Assembly: GCA_011773845.1 (NCBI GenBank)
Contig: WVWV01000033.1
Span: 7,113-71,112, forward strand
DNA from: Lysobacterales bacterium
Lineage (GTDB): Bacteria > Pseudomonadota > Gammaproteobacteria > Xanthomonadales > SZUA-36
Direction: 5' to 3'
Length of the DNA: 64,000 bases
Part shown: one piece after another, positions 1 to 8,098 of the stretch
Numbering within the stretch: position 1 is the first letter of the stretch
Layout of the letters: the number at the start of each line of letters is the position of its first letter
Made by a program: the position numbers and the translations under genes
The notes under the pieces: generated by a model
What the model was told of the DNA's origin: nothing
Seen by the model: only the letters and a program-made list of their open reading frames with translations
Database searches by the model: none

Positions 1-231
1 GGGCTGACGGAGGCCATGCACATGGTGGCCACTTGCCGCCAGCTCGGCCTGGAGGTGATGGTGGGTTGCATGCTGGGTTCCTCGCTGGCCATGGCGCCCG
101 GCTTCCTCGTGGCCCAGCATGCCCGCTTCGTGGACCTCGACGGCCCGCTGTGGCAGACCAGCGACCACGCGGCCGCCATCGAGTACCGCGGGGCCTCGAT
201 GCAGGCGCCCGGCCTGCAGCTGTGGGGATGA
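1..231 (+). CDS. Enolase-superfamily dipeptide epimerase / muconate-lactonizing-enzyme-like protein, C-terminal fragment (5' end lies outside the window)
   Basis: Frame 1 is open from base 1 to the TGA at 229-231. The tail '...VMVGCMLGSSLAMAPGFLVAQHARFVDLDGPLW...' resembles the C-terminal barrel strands of L-Ala-D/L-Glu epimerase-type enzymes. Confidence 0.55.
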   Translation, partial: GLTEAMHMVATCRQLGLEVMVGCMLGSSLAMAPGFLVAQHARFVDLDGPLWQTSDHAAAIEYRGASMQAPGLQLWG

Positions 232-241
232 GCCCGGTTTT

Positions 242-1528
242 CTATGCGGCATCCAGCGGTCGGTCGGCCCGCACCAGCAACATCAGGCCGGCGGCGACCA
301 GCGCGAAGACGCCGCCCATGGCCATGGCCACCGTCCAGCCCAGGGCGGCCGCCACCACCGGCACCAGCATCGCATTCACGACGCCCATGACGTTGGCGCC
401 GGTGTTCATCACGCCGCCCGCGGCCCCCGCGTGCTCTCCCCCGATGGCGATGGTGGTCGCCCAGAACGGCGCCTCGGTCAACTGGTTGAAGAAGAAACAG
501 AACACGAAGGCAGCCACCGCCCATTGCGGCTGCCCGGACAGGGTGCCGTAAATCAGCAGCAGGCCCGAGAGCGCATTGCCGACGATCACCGGCCAGCGGC
601 AGCCCCACCTGAGGCCGATCCGCCGGCACAGCCGGTCGCACAGCCAGCCGCCAAGCGCGGCGCCGGTGCCCCCCGCGATCCACTGGGTCGACACCACCCA
701 GCCCACCGTCTGGGCGTCGAAGCCGCGGACCGAGGCCAGGTAATAGAAAAACCAGCTGAACACGTCGTAGAACACGAAGTTCATGCAGGAATAGCTGAGC
801 ATCACCAGCAGCACGTCGCGGTTCCTGAGCACCCGCAGCCAGGCCGGGCGCCCGGGACCGGGCGCCTCGGGCCCGGCCCGGCCCGATTCGATCAGGGCGA
901 TCTCCGCAGCATTCACCCCCGCATGCTGCGCGGGCCTGTCCCGCGCCAGCCACCACCACAGCGCCGCGACCAGCACCGCGCTCGGCGACAACCACAGGAA
1001 CGCCTCGCGCCAGCCGATCTCGAGGATCATCCACGTCAGCGCGGGGGCGGTCGCCGCGAACCCCAGGGTGAGCCCGGTGCTGGAAAGGCCCGTGGGGAAC
1101 GCCCAGCCACCCACCGGGAACCAGCGTTGCACGAAGCTGTTGACGGTGGGGAATATCGGCGCGTGCGCCGCGCCGACCAGGAACCGGATCACCACCAGGC
1201 TGCCGATGATGACGTACGGCGAAGCCGCCGCCGGCCCCGGAACCACCGCCGTGGCCACCGTCAGCACCCCCCAGGCGACGGCGATCAGCGTCAGCGCCCG
1301 GCGCGGCCCGAACCGGTCCGAGAACAGCCCGCCGGGAAACTGGAACAGCGCATAACCGAGCGGGAACGCGGCCATCACCCAGCCCCACTGCACCTCGTCC
1401 AGCCCCAGGTCGAGCATCATGGACTGGGGTGCGATGGAGAGATTGCCGCGCAGGACGTAGGAGACGAAGCTGGCCAGGATCAGGATGGCCATGAGGCGCC
1501 AGCGCACCTGGGTGGGCCGCCCGTGCAC
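242..1528 (-). CDS. MFS transporter (anion:cation symporter-like)
   Basis: 428-aa ORF with multiple hydrophobic spans and the MFS loop motif 'GGLFSDRFGPRR'. The GTG start at 1528 directly abuts the TAG stop (1529-1531) of the upstream gene. Confidence 0.85.
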   Translation of the reverse strand: MHGRPTQVRWRLMAILILASFVSYVLRGNLSIAPQSMMLDLGLDEVQWGWVMAAFPLGYALFQFPGGLFSDRFGPRRALTLIAVAWGVLTVATAVVPGPAAASPYVIIGSLVVIRFLVGAAHAPIFPTVNSFVQRWFPVGGWAFPTGLSSTGLTLGFAATAPALTWMILEIGWREAFLWLSPSAVLVAALWWWLARDRPAQHAGVNAAEIALIESGRAGPEAPGPGRPAWLRVLRNRDVLLVMLSYSCMNFVFYDVFSWFFYYLASVRGFDAQTVGWVVSTQWIAGGTGAALGGWLCDRLCRRIGLRWGCRWPVIVGNALSGLLLIYGTLSGQPQWAVAAFVFCFFFNQLTEAPFWATTIAIGGEHAGAAGGVMNTGANVMGVVNAMLVPVVAAALGWTVAMAMGGVFALVAAGLMLLVRADRPLDAA

Positions 1529-3643
1529 CTAGCCGGCCTCCGGCCCGTTCGGTGCGACATAGGCCGCGCCCGGGCCCGCCGCGGTGATGGGCAGGTCGCG
1601 CAGGCACGCCTCGTCTGCGGCCGCATCCAGCTGCCGCGCCCACAGGTGCCCGGCATGGACGGCGTGGACGATGGCCCCGGGCGCCAGCGCGTCCCCGATT
1701 CGGCTGACGGACTTGATGCCGGCATCGGCGTGCGCCGCGCTGTGGGCCATGATCGCCCGGTACAGTTCGTCGCGCGGTTCGCGATGGCCCACGATGACGA
1801 TCGACGCGGCCGCCACCTCCCGGGGCGCGCCGGTGAAGACGCCCTCCAGCCGGGCCACGCCATCCCGGTGGCCCCGCAGCGTGCTGAGGGTGATCAGCCC
1901 GATGCCCCGCTCGTGCAGGGCGCGATGCACGAAAGGCTGCTCGTTGGTCATGAAGGTCCAGGCCGACGCGTGGCCGGCCGGGGTGGCGTAGGTCACCGCC
2001 AGGCCCTGGGCCGCGAGGTGCTCCGCCACGCAACCGCCGAGGTAGTAGTTGTCGAAGTCGTACACCAGCACCGGCGGCTCCGGCAGCCGCCCCGCCGCCA
2101 GGTCATCGGGCGTGAAGACCCCATCCTGTTCCAGGCGGCCGGCCGGGATCTCCATGGCCGAGTACAGGTGCCGGGTCCAGCGTGCGCCGGTGGCGATCAC
2201 CAGGTGCGCATGCTCCGCCGCGAGCAGCTCCGCGGCCGACAGCTCGCTGCCGGGATACAGGGTGACATTGCCCATCTGCTGCAGGGCCTGCAGGCGATAG
2301 TCGCGCACCCTGCCCCAGCTGGCCAGGCCCGGCAGGCGGGTCTCGAACAGCAACCGGCCACCGGTTTCCGCGGCGCGGTCGGCGAGGGTCACCTCGTAGC
2401 CCCGGCGGGCCGCCACCAGCGCGGCCTCCAGGCCCGCCGGGCCGGCGCCCACGATCAGAACGTTGTCGGAACGGCCTGCGGGCGGCACCCGCTCGGGGTG
2501 CCAGCCCCGCCGCCACTCCTCGCCGACCGTGGGGTTCTGCGTGCAGCGCACGGGCACGCCGTCGTGCCAGCTGGCGATGCAGATGTTGCAACCGATGCAC
2601 TCGCGGATCTCGTCCTCGCGGCCCTCGCGAATCTTGTTGGGCAGGAAGGGGTCGGCGATCGACGGCCGCGCGGCGCCGATCAGGTCCAGAATGCCCCGCT
2701 GCACCTGCGAAACCATGGTGTCCGGCGAGGTGAAACGCCCCACGCCGACCACCGGCTTGCCGGTCAGCTGCTTCACGAAATCCACCACCGGCTCGTGGGC
2801 GGCCTCCGGGCGAAAGCGCGAGGCGCCGCAATCGGTGGGGCTGGAATCCAGCTTAACGTCCCACAGATCCGGCACGTCCGCCATCAGCGCCACCGCCTCG
2901 TGCGCCTCGGAGGCATGGTGCTCGCTGGGCCTGGCCCGCAGGTGTTCCAGGCTGATGCGCAAGGCCACCCCGCAGTGCGCGCCCACCGCCTCGCGGGTGG
3001 CCTCGACGAGCTCGCGCACGAAGCGCACGCGGTTGGCCAGCGAACCCCCGTAGGCGTCCGCGCGCTGGTTGTACTCGGGCAGCAGGAACTGGTGGCCGAG
3101 GTAGCCCATGCCGGCGTACACGTAGACGATGTCGAAGCCGGCGGCATGCGCGCGCCGGGCGGCGGCGGCCTGCCAGCGAATGACGTCCCGGATGTCACCG
3201 GCATCCATCGCCCGCGGGCGTTGCTGACCCATGAAACCCACGTGCGTGGCGGCCCAGGGAATTCCGGACGGCGAGTACGGGGCGATGCGCGAGCTGCGGT
3301 TCATCACCGCGGCCCCGCCGTGCCAGAGCTCGATGGCGGCCAGCGCGCCATGCGCGTGCACCGCCTCGGTGACCAGGGCGTGGGCGCGCACGTCGTTGTC
3401 GTCCCACAGGCGCGCGAACGGCAGGGGCGAATCGTCGCAGGAGGGATGGATGGAGACGGCGCCGGTGCTGACCACGCCCCAGCCGCCCTCCGCCTTGGTC
3501 GCGCGGAAGGCGGCCCGCACCCGGGGATTGGCCTCCGTCATGCCGCTCGCGTGGGGCACCTGGTAGAAGCGGTTGGGGGCGGTCACGGGGCCGATGGGTA
3601 CCGGGTCAAACAGGATCGCGTACTTGGGGTTCACGGGCTGCAA
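1529..3643 (-). CDS. Trimethylamine/dimethylamine/histamine-dehydrogenase-family FMN + 4Fe-4S + ADP-binding flavoprotein
   Basis: 704 aa. The N-terminus 'ILFDPVPIGPVTAPNRFYQVPH' and motifs 'KAEGGW', 'CIGCNICIASWH...CTQNPTVGEEWRRGWHPE' and 'VLIVGAGPAGLEAA' are near-collinear with Methylophilus TMADH as I recall it. The residue after 'VPH' is Ala rather than the FMN-linking Cys. Confidence 0.85.
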   Translation of the reverse strand: MQPVNPKYAILFDPVPIGPVTAPNRFYQVPHASGMTEANPRVRAAFRATKAEGGWGVVSTGAVSIHPSCDDSPLPFARLWDDNDVRAHALVTEAVHAHGALAAIELWHGGAAVMNRSSRIAPYSPSGIPWAATHVGFMGQQRPRAMDAGDIRDVIRWQAAAARRAHAAGFDIVYVYAGMGYLGHQFLLPEYNQRADAYGGSLANRVRFVRELVEATREAVGAHCGVALRISLEHLRARPSEHHASEAHEAVALMADVPDLWDVKLDSSPTDCGASRFRPEAAHEPVVDFVKQLTGKPVVGVGRFTSPDTMVSQVQRGILDLIGAARPSIADPFLPNKIREGREDEIRECIGCNICIASWHDGVPVRCTQNPTVGEEWRRGWHPERVPPAGRSDNVLIVGAGPAGLEAALVAARRGYEVTLADRAAETGGRLLFETRLPGLASWGRVRDYRLQALQQMGNVTLYPGSELSAAELLAAEHAHLVIATGARWTRHLYSAMEIPAGRLEQDGVFTPDDLAAGRLPEPPVLVYDFDNYYLGGCVAEHLAAQGLAVTYATPAGHASAWTFMTNEQPFVHRALHERGIGLITLSTLRGHRDGVARLEGVFTGAPREVAAASIVIVGHREPRDELYRAIMAHSAAHADAGIKSVSRIGDALAPGAIVHAVHAGHLWARQLDAAADEACLRDLPITAAGPGAAYVAPNGPEAG

Positions 3644-3756
3644 TCGCTCCGGGCGTCACCGTCGGCGGCCGGCGTGGGGCCAAGAATACACGATCGGGAT
3701 TGAATTTGAGCGCCCGGGGGCCGAGAATGCCCCTCCGGCCAGCCGCCAGCACCCGC

Positions 3757-4731
3757 ATGCAACGCATCGAGCACCAACTGCCCACCCTCATTGCCACCTC
3801 CGTGGTGCGTGGCTCCCAGCAGGGCGAGAGCCATGGGGGCGTGTACCTCGTCGATTTCGCGGCGCAGACCGTCGACCAGGTGGTGGACTGGAACACCGGC
3901 GAAATCGACTGGCAGGGCCGCGGCTGGGACCGCGGGCTGCGCGGCATCGCGTTCTTCGGCGGGGAAACCTACATCGCCGCCAGCGACGAGCTGTTCGTTT
4001 ACGGCCAGGATTTCCGCATCAAGCGGTCGTTCCGCAACCCCTACCTGAAGCATTGCCACGAGATCCACCAGCTCAACAAGCACCTGTACCTGACCTCGAC
4101 CGGCCACGACAGCGTGCTCGCCTTCGACCTCGAGCAGCAGCGCTTCTTCTGGGCCATTCACCTGGCCCTGGGCGAGGATGGCCCGGTAGGCACCGCCTAT
4201 GACCCGAACGGCATCAACGGCCCCGGTGGCGCGAACGGCCCGCCGGCCCGCAACCTGCTGCACCTCAACAACGTGTTTGCGGACGCCACGGGCATGTACG
4301 TCAGCGGCATGCGCACCGGCGGCATCCTGCGGATCGGCGATGGCAACCGGGTGCGGATGGAGGTGGAGCTGCCGGAAGGCATCCACAATGCGCGGCCGTT
4401 CGGCGCGGGGGTGCTGTTCAACGACACCGCCGCCGACCACCTGCGATACGTGCGCCGCGACGGCGGGGAACGGCGCTTCGCCATCCCGCGCTACGAGCCC
4501 GCGGAGCTCACCCACACCGAACTGGGCGACGAGAAGGTCGCACGGCAGGGATTCGGGCGCGGGCTGTGCGTGGTGGACGAGCAGCTGATCGCGGCCGGCT
4601 CGTCGCCTTCCACGGTGACGCTGTACGAACTGCAAACCGGTGATGCGCTGGCGCGCGTGAATTTTTCCATGGACATCCGCAACGCCATCCACGGCCTGGA
4701 AGTGTGGCCGTATGGCACCCCGCAGGCCTGA
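3757..4731 (+). CDS. Hypothetical protein; repeat-like beta-rich sequence, family not recognised
   Basis: 343-aa ORF (3700-4731) with normal, non-shadow amino-acid composition. Start placed at the in-frame ATG at 3757; ATG 3727 and the ORF start at 3700 are alternatives. Divergent from the TMADH-like gene. Confidence 0.55.
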   Translation: MQRIEHQLPTLIATSVVRGSQQGESHGGVYLVDFAAQTVDQVVDWNTGEIDWQGRGWDRGLRGIAFFGGETYIAASDELFVYGQDFRIKRSFRNPYLKHCHEIHQLNKHLYLTSTGHDSVLAFDLEQQRFFWAIHLALGEDGPVGTAYDPNGINGPGGANGPPARNLLHLNNVFADATGMYVSGMRTGGILRIGDGNRVRMEVELPEGIHNARPFGAGVLFNDTAADHLRYVRRDGGERRFAIPRYEPAELTHTELGDEKVARQGFGRGLCVVDEQLIAAGSSPSTVTLYELQTGDALARVNFSMDIRNAIHGLEVWPYGTPQA

Positions 4732-4766
4732 GGGGCGCCGGCCGGCCCGGTGACGGGCCAGGCGAG

Positions 4767-4796
4767 CAAAAAAAAAGCCCCGGCCAGGCCGGGGCT
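4767..4796 (-). terminator. Rho-independent terminator for the TonB-dependent receptor gene
   Basis: GC hairpin AGCCCCGG(CCAGG)CCGGGGCT at 4776-4796, preceded on the plus strand by an A9 run. On the minus strand this reads as a U-tract after the stem, 20 nt past the receptor stop at 4817. Confidence 0.6.
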
Positions 4797-4816
4797 CGAT
4801 CGCTATTGCAGGGCGG

Positions 4817-7279
4817 TTATTCTCCGAACCGCTTGATGAACCGCACCCCGTACTCGCGCGGGCGGTTGATAGTCTGCCGACCCTTGCCAAAGAAGTGGTC
4901 GAACTCGAACGGGTTGTCGTACAGGATCGCGCGCTCGTCGGTGACGTTGTTGACGAACAGCTGCACGCTCCAGTCATTGCCGTCGACGCCAAAGCGCAGG
5001 TCGCCGATGTCATAGGACGGCTGCTTGATCTGCGGCGCCGGCGAATCGATCGGCTCGACCTGGTTCAGCATGTCGCCGACATAGCTCCACTGCACGCGGG
5101 CGTACGCGTTGTTGGCGCGCCCGCCGAACCAGTTGACCGGCATGTCGTACTGCGCATAGGCCGACCCCTTGAATTCCGGCGTCAGCGGCAGGCGGGAGCC
5201 AGGCGGCGTCTCGGTCAGGAAGTTGAAGCCGTCGTCGAGTTCCGAATCGAGCCAGGTGGCGTTGAAGCCGGCCGTGAGGTTCTGGCTGGCGGCCCAGTCG
5301 ACCTGCAACTCGAAGCCGTCCGAACCCGCGTCGCCCACGTTGCCCACCACCTTCTGCCATGGCTGGGAGCAATTGGGCTCCGGCGGCGCGTTGGGGGAAC
5401 CGCAGGAGCGCGTGCTGGGGTCGATGACCTCCAGCTGGTAGTTGTTCCAGTCCATGCTGAAGTAGGTGGCATTCAGGCGCACGCGGCCGTCGGCCAGCGT
5501 CATCTTGGCGCCGAACTCGAGGTTCTCCAGCAGGTCGGACTCGAACTGCTGTGGGAACAGCGGCTCACCGCGGGTCCGGTTGGTGCCGCCGGGCCGGAAA
5601 CCCTCGGAATACAGGCCATACAGCAGGATGTTGTCGGTGGGCCGGAAGCTGAGGCTGAACTTCGGCACCACGTCGTCGTCCTTGGCCGGCAGCCTCAGGA
5701 CGCCGGTATCGGTGAGGTTGTAGCGCGGGTTCTCGACGTAGTAGGTCTTGTCCACCTCGCGGTCGAACCAGCGCGCCCCCACGGTGGCGTCCCAGCGCTC
5801 GTTGATGTGCCAGGTGAACTCGCCGAACACCGCCCATTGCTCCCAGGTGGTGTCGTCGGCCGAACGCCACCAGGCGTCGCCCGGCAGGCGCGTGGCGGCG
5901 GGGCTGCCGGACACGCGTCCGGCGAGGTAGTTCTGCATCGACTTGGACTCGTCAAAGCCGTCGGCGAAGGTATCGAACACCCAGTCCTGGTCGGCCTGCT
6001 CGTAGAACAGGCCCGCCACCCAGTCGAAGCGCTCGCCCTGCGAAAACAGCCGGAATTCCTGCGCGAACTTGGTGTCCTTCTGCGCGTTGCGCAGGTACCC
6101 GACCGGGTCGTTGTAATAGTTGCCGACGCCGGCGGGCTGGAAGCAGTACGGGCTGTAGTTCGAATAGTCGTAGTAATACCCGGCGTAGCAGAACGTGCCG
6201 AAGTAGGACGCGTAGGTCTGCGTGTCCTGGGTGTAGGTCCAGTCACGGGTGAAGTAGGAGGTGGCCGACACGAAATCGGCGAAGCCCAGATCGCCCTCGA
6301 AGGTCAGGGAATACTGGGTCCAGTCGAGGTCATCCTCTTCCCGGTCCGGCCGGAAACGCGCCACGGACAGGTCGCGATCGAGGGTCGGATCGCGCTCCGG
6401 CCGGCCGTGCGACATCGTGTCCTGGTGGACGATGCCGGCGGTCATGGTCCAGCCTTCGTTGATGAACCAGCGCGCCGCGATGCGCCCGCCGAAGTGCTCG
6501 ACATCGTTGAAATTCTTGCGCTCTGCGCCGGCGTTGTTGAACACGCCATACTGCACGGAATCGCCATTGACGTTGTCGATGAAGCCCCCGTCCTCGGCGG
6601 AAAAGCCCACCAGGCGAATGGCGAAATTCTGCGAGATGGGGATGTTGACCATGGCGCTCACGTCATAGCTCATGTCGCTGTCGGAGCCGGTCTTGAGCGT
6701 GGCGTCGATGAAGGAATCGAACGCCGCCGGGTCAGGCTTGTTGGTGATCACGCGCAACAGCCCGGCCTGGGCACTGGCGCCGTACAGCGTGCCCTGCGGC
6801 CCGCTGAGCGCCTCGATGCGCGCAATGTCCACCATGCGCGGGTCCGGCGTCGCGTTGAGGGTCAGGGACTGCTCGTCCAGATACAGCGCCGCCGTCGGCT
6901 CGGCGATGAAGTTCTCTCCCGAGTCCGAAATACCGCGGAACACGAGCACCGCGGATCCCGGGTTGGTCGCCGTGTACGACATGGACGGGATGAAGCGGAC
7001 GTAATCATCCATGGAATACAGGCCGCCCAGCTTGAGATCCTGCTCCGAGATGGCCTGGATGCTCTCCGGGATGTCCATCATGCTTTCTTCGCGCTTGCGC
7101 GAGGTGACCACGATTTCCTCGAGCGCCCCCGCGGCGGCCTCGTCGGGCTGCTCCTGGGCGAGCGCCGCACCCGCCGGCGTGGCCAGCACCGCCGAGATGG
7201 CCAGCGAAAGCTTGCGCGGCTCCAGGTGATTTTGAACGGTGAACGTGTGGCTGAAAACGGAATCGTTCCGGTTCGACAT
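4817..7279 (-). CDS. TonB-dependent outer-membrane receptor
   Basis: 820 aa. Signal peptide '...AVLATPAGAALAQE', plug-domain motif 'EEIVVTSRKREESMMDIPESIQAIS', and a long Gly/Tyr/Asp/Asn-rich beta-barrel ending '...REYGVRFIKRFGE'. Confidence 0.9.
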   Translation of the reverse strand: MSNRNDSVFSHTFTVQNHLEPRKLSLAISAVLATPAGAALAQEQPDEAAAGALEEIVVTSRKREESMMDIPESIQAISEQDLKLGGLYSMDDYVRFIPSMSYTATNPGSAVLVFRGISDSGENFIAEPTAALYLDEQSLTLNATPDPRMVDIARIEALSGPQGTLYGASAQAGLLRVITNKPDPAAFDSFIDATLKTGSDSDMSYDVSAMVNIPISQNFAIRLVGFSAEDGGFIDNVNGDSVQYGVFNNAGAERKNFNDVEHFGGRIAARWFINEGWTMTAGIVHQDTMSHGRPERDPTLDRDLSVARFRPDREEDDLDWTQYSLTFEGDLGFADFVSATSYFTRDWTYTQDTQTYASYFGTFCYAGYYYDYSNYSPYCFQPAGVGNYYNDPVGYLRNAQKDTKFAQEFRLFSQGERFDWVAGLFYEQADQDWVFDTFADGFDESKSMQNYLAGRVSGSPAATRLPGDAWWRSADDTTWEQWAVFGEFTWHINERWDATVGARWFDREVDKTYYVENPRYNLTDTGVLRLPAKDDDVVPKFSLSFRPTDNILLYGLYSEGFRPGGTNRTRGEPLFPQQFESDLLENLEFGAKMTLADGRVRLNATYFSMDWNNYQLEVIDPSTRSCGSPNAPPEPNCSQPWQKVVGNVGDAGSDGFELQVDWAASQNLTAGFNATWLDSELDDGFNFLTETPPGSRLPLTPEFKGSAYAQYDMPVNWFGGRANNAYARVQWSYVGDMLNQVEPIDSPAPQIKQPSYDIGDLRFGVDGNDWSVQLFVNNVTDERAILYDNPFEFDHFFGKGRQTINRPREYGVRFIKRFGE

Positions 7280-7508
7280 GCCTGTACCCTCAGTAGTAGT
7301 TCTGACTTTGATTATTGTGTTTATGGTTGTAATTCCGGGCGATCATATGATGCGCGCGCGAAAAATACAAATGTCCCCGGTTTGCCGCTGCCCGGGCCAG
7401 GTCTCGCGGGGCAGGGCTGACACCCCGCGCCGCCACCCCGCCGGGCCGCACCCCGGCGCCGGGCTTCGGGTATACTCGGCCCGCCGGTTGCAGCGGAGAC
7501 GAAGCCTG

Positions 7509-8081
7509 GTGGACATCGAAGTACCCTTGCGCGACCTCGGCGCGGTCGACGCCCGGGCCCTCATCGAAACGGTGCTGGGTCTGGATGCGGAATCCTGGAA
7601 AGCCCAGGAATACCGCCAGAACGCCTACGAGGTCCACAAGCAGACACGCTCGCTGGTGCTGGTGTTCTGCAGCGGCTGGCCGGAGCTGCAGGTGACCCGC
7701 GAGCCGGCCTGGGACACCCTCAAGGAAGTGGCCGTGCCACTCATGCACGGCATCCTCGCCGAGCACTACCCGCCCGGCGGCACCATCATCCGGGCCATGG
7801 CGGCCAAGCTGCTCGCCGGCGGCGTCATCACCCCGCATCGCGACAGCCACCCCTCGTTCGTCAACAGCCACCGCATCCACATCCCGATCACCACCAACCC
7901 GGGCGTGCGCTTCATGATCAACGGGCGTCCCTACCGGTTCGAGGTGGGCCACGCGTACGAGATCAACAACCAGCTCAACCACAGCGTCATGAACAGCGGC
8001 GCGGAAGACCGCGTCACCTTCATCTTCGACTACCTGCCGCCGGGCGGCGCCGCGGGGCACGAAGCGCCAACGGCCCATTGA
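7509..8081 (+). CDS. Aspartyl/asparaginyl beta-hydroxylase-family (cupin, 2OG/Fe-type) protein
   Basis: Motifs 'ITPHRDSHPSF...HRIHIPITTN...NHSVMNSGAEDRVTFIFDY'. GTG start at 7509 chosen because GGAGAC lies about 9 nt upstream; the N-terminal part of ORF 7239-8081 lies in AT-rich promoter DNA. Confidence 0.7.
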   Translation: MDIEVPLRDLGAVDARALIETVLGLDAESWKAQEYRQNAYEVHKQTRSLVLVFCSGWPELQVTREPAWDTLKEVAVPLMHGILAEHYPPGGTIIRAMAAKLLAGGVITPHRDSHPSFVNSHRIHIPITTNPGVRFMINGRPYRFEVGHAYEINNQLNHSVMNSGAEDRVTFIFDYLPPGGAAGHEAPTAH

Positions 8082-8098
8082 CCGGGGCGCGGCCCGCC

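Noticed and set aside
119-3703. 1194-aa plus-strand ORF spanning the MFS and TMADH-like genes.
   Set aside because: It is antisense to two genes with clear family motifs. Its translation is low-complexity Arg/Gly/Pro/His/Ala-rich ('GRHHRHQHRIHDAHD...') with no recognisable domain. This is a typical GC-driven shadow ORF.
4895-7420. 841-aa plus-strand ORF antisense to the TonB-dependent receptor.
   Set aside because: It shows the same shadow-ORF composition (runs of V/G/R/A/H/D) and overlaps a receptor gene that has signal peptide, plug and barrel motifs.
7280-7508. Possible cobalamin riboswitch or Fur box upstream of the TonB-dependent receptor. The neighbouring pathway needs corrinoid, so a B12-regulated receptor seemed plausible.
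   Set aside because: Reading both strands, I could not find a B12-box-like core or the conserved riboswitch helices. The only feature is an imperfect GC hairpin (about 7392-7420) next to AT-rich promoter-like DNA. 'GATTATTGTGTTTATGG' matches the Fur consensus only weakly. A covariance-model scan would be needed before making any claim.
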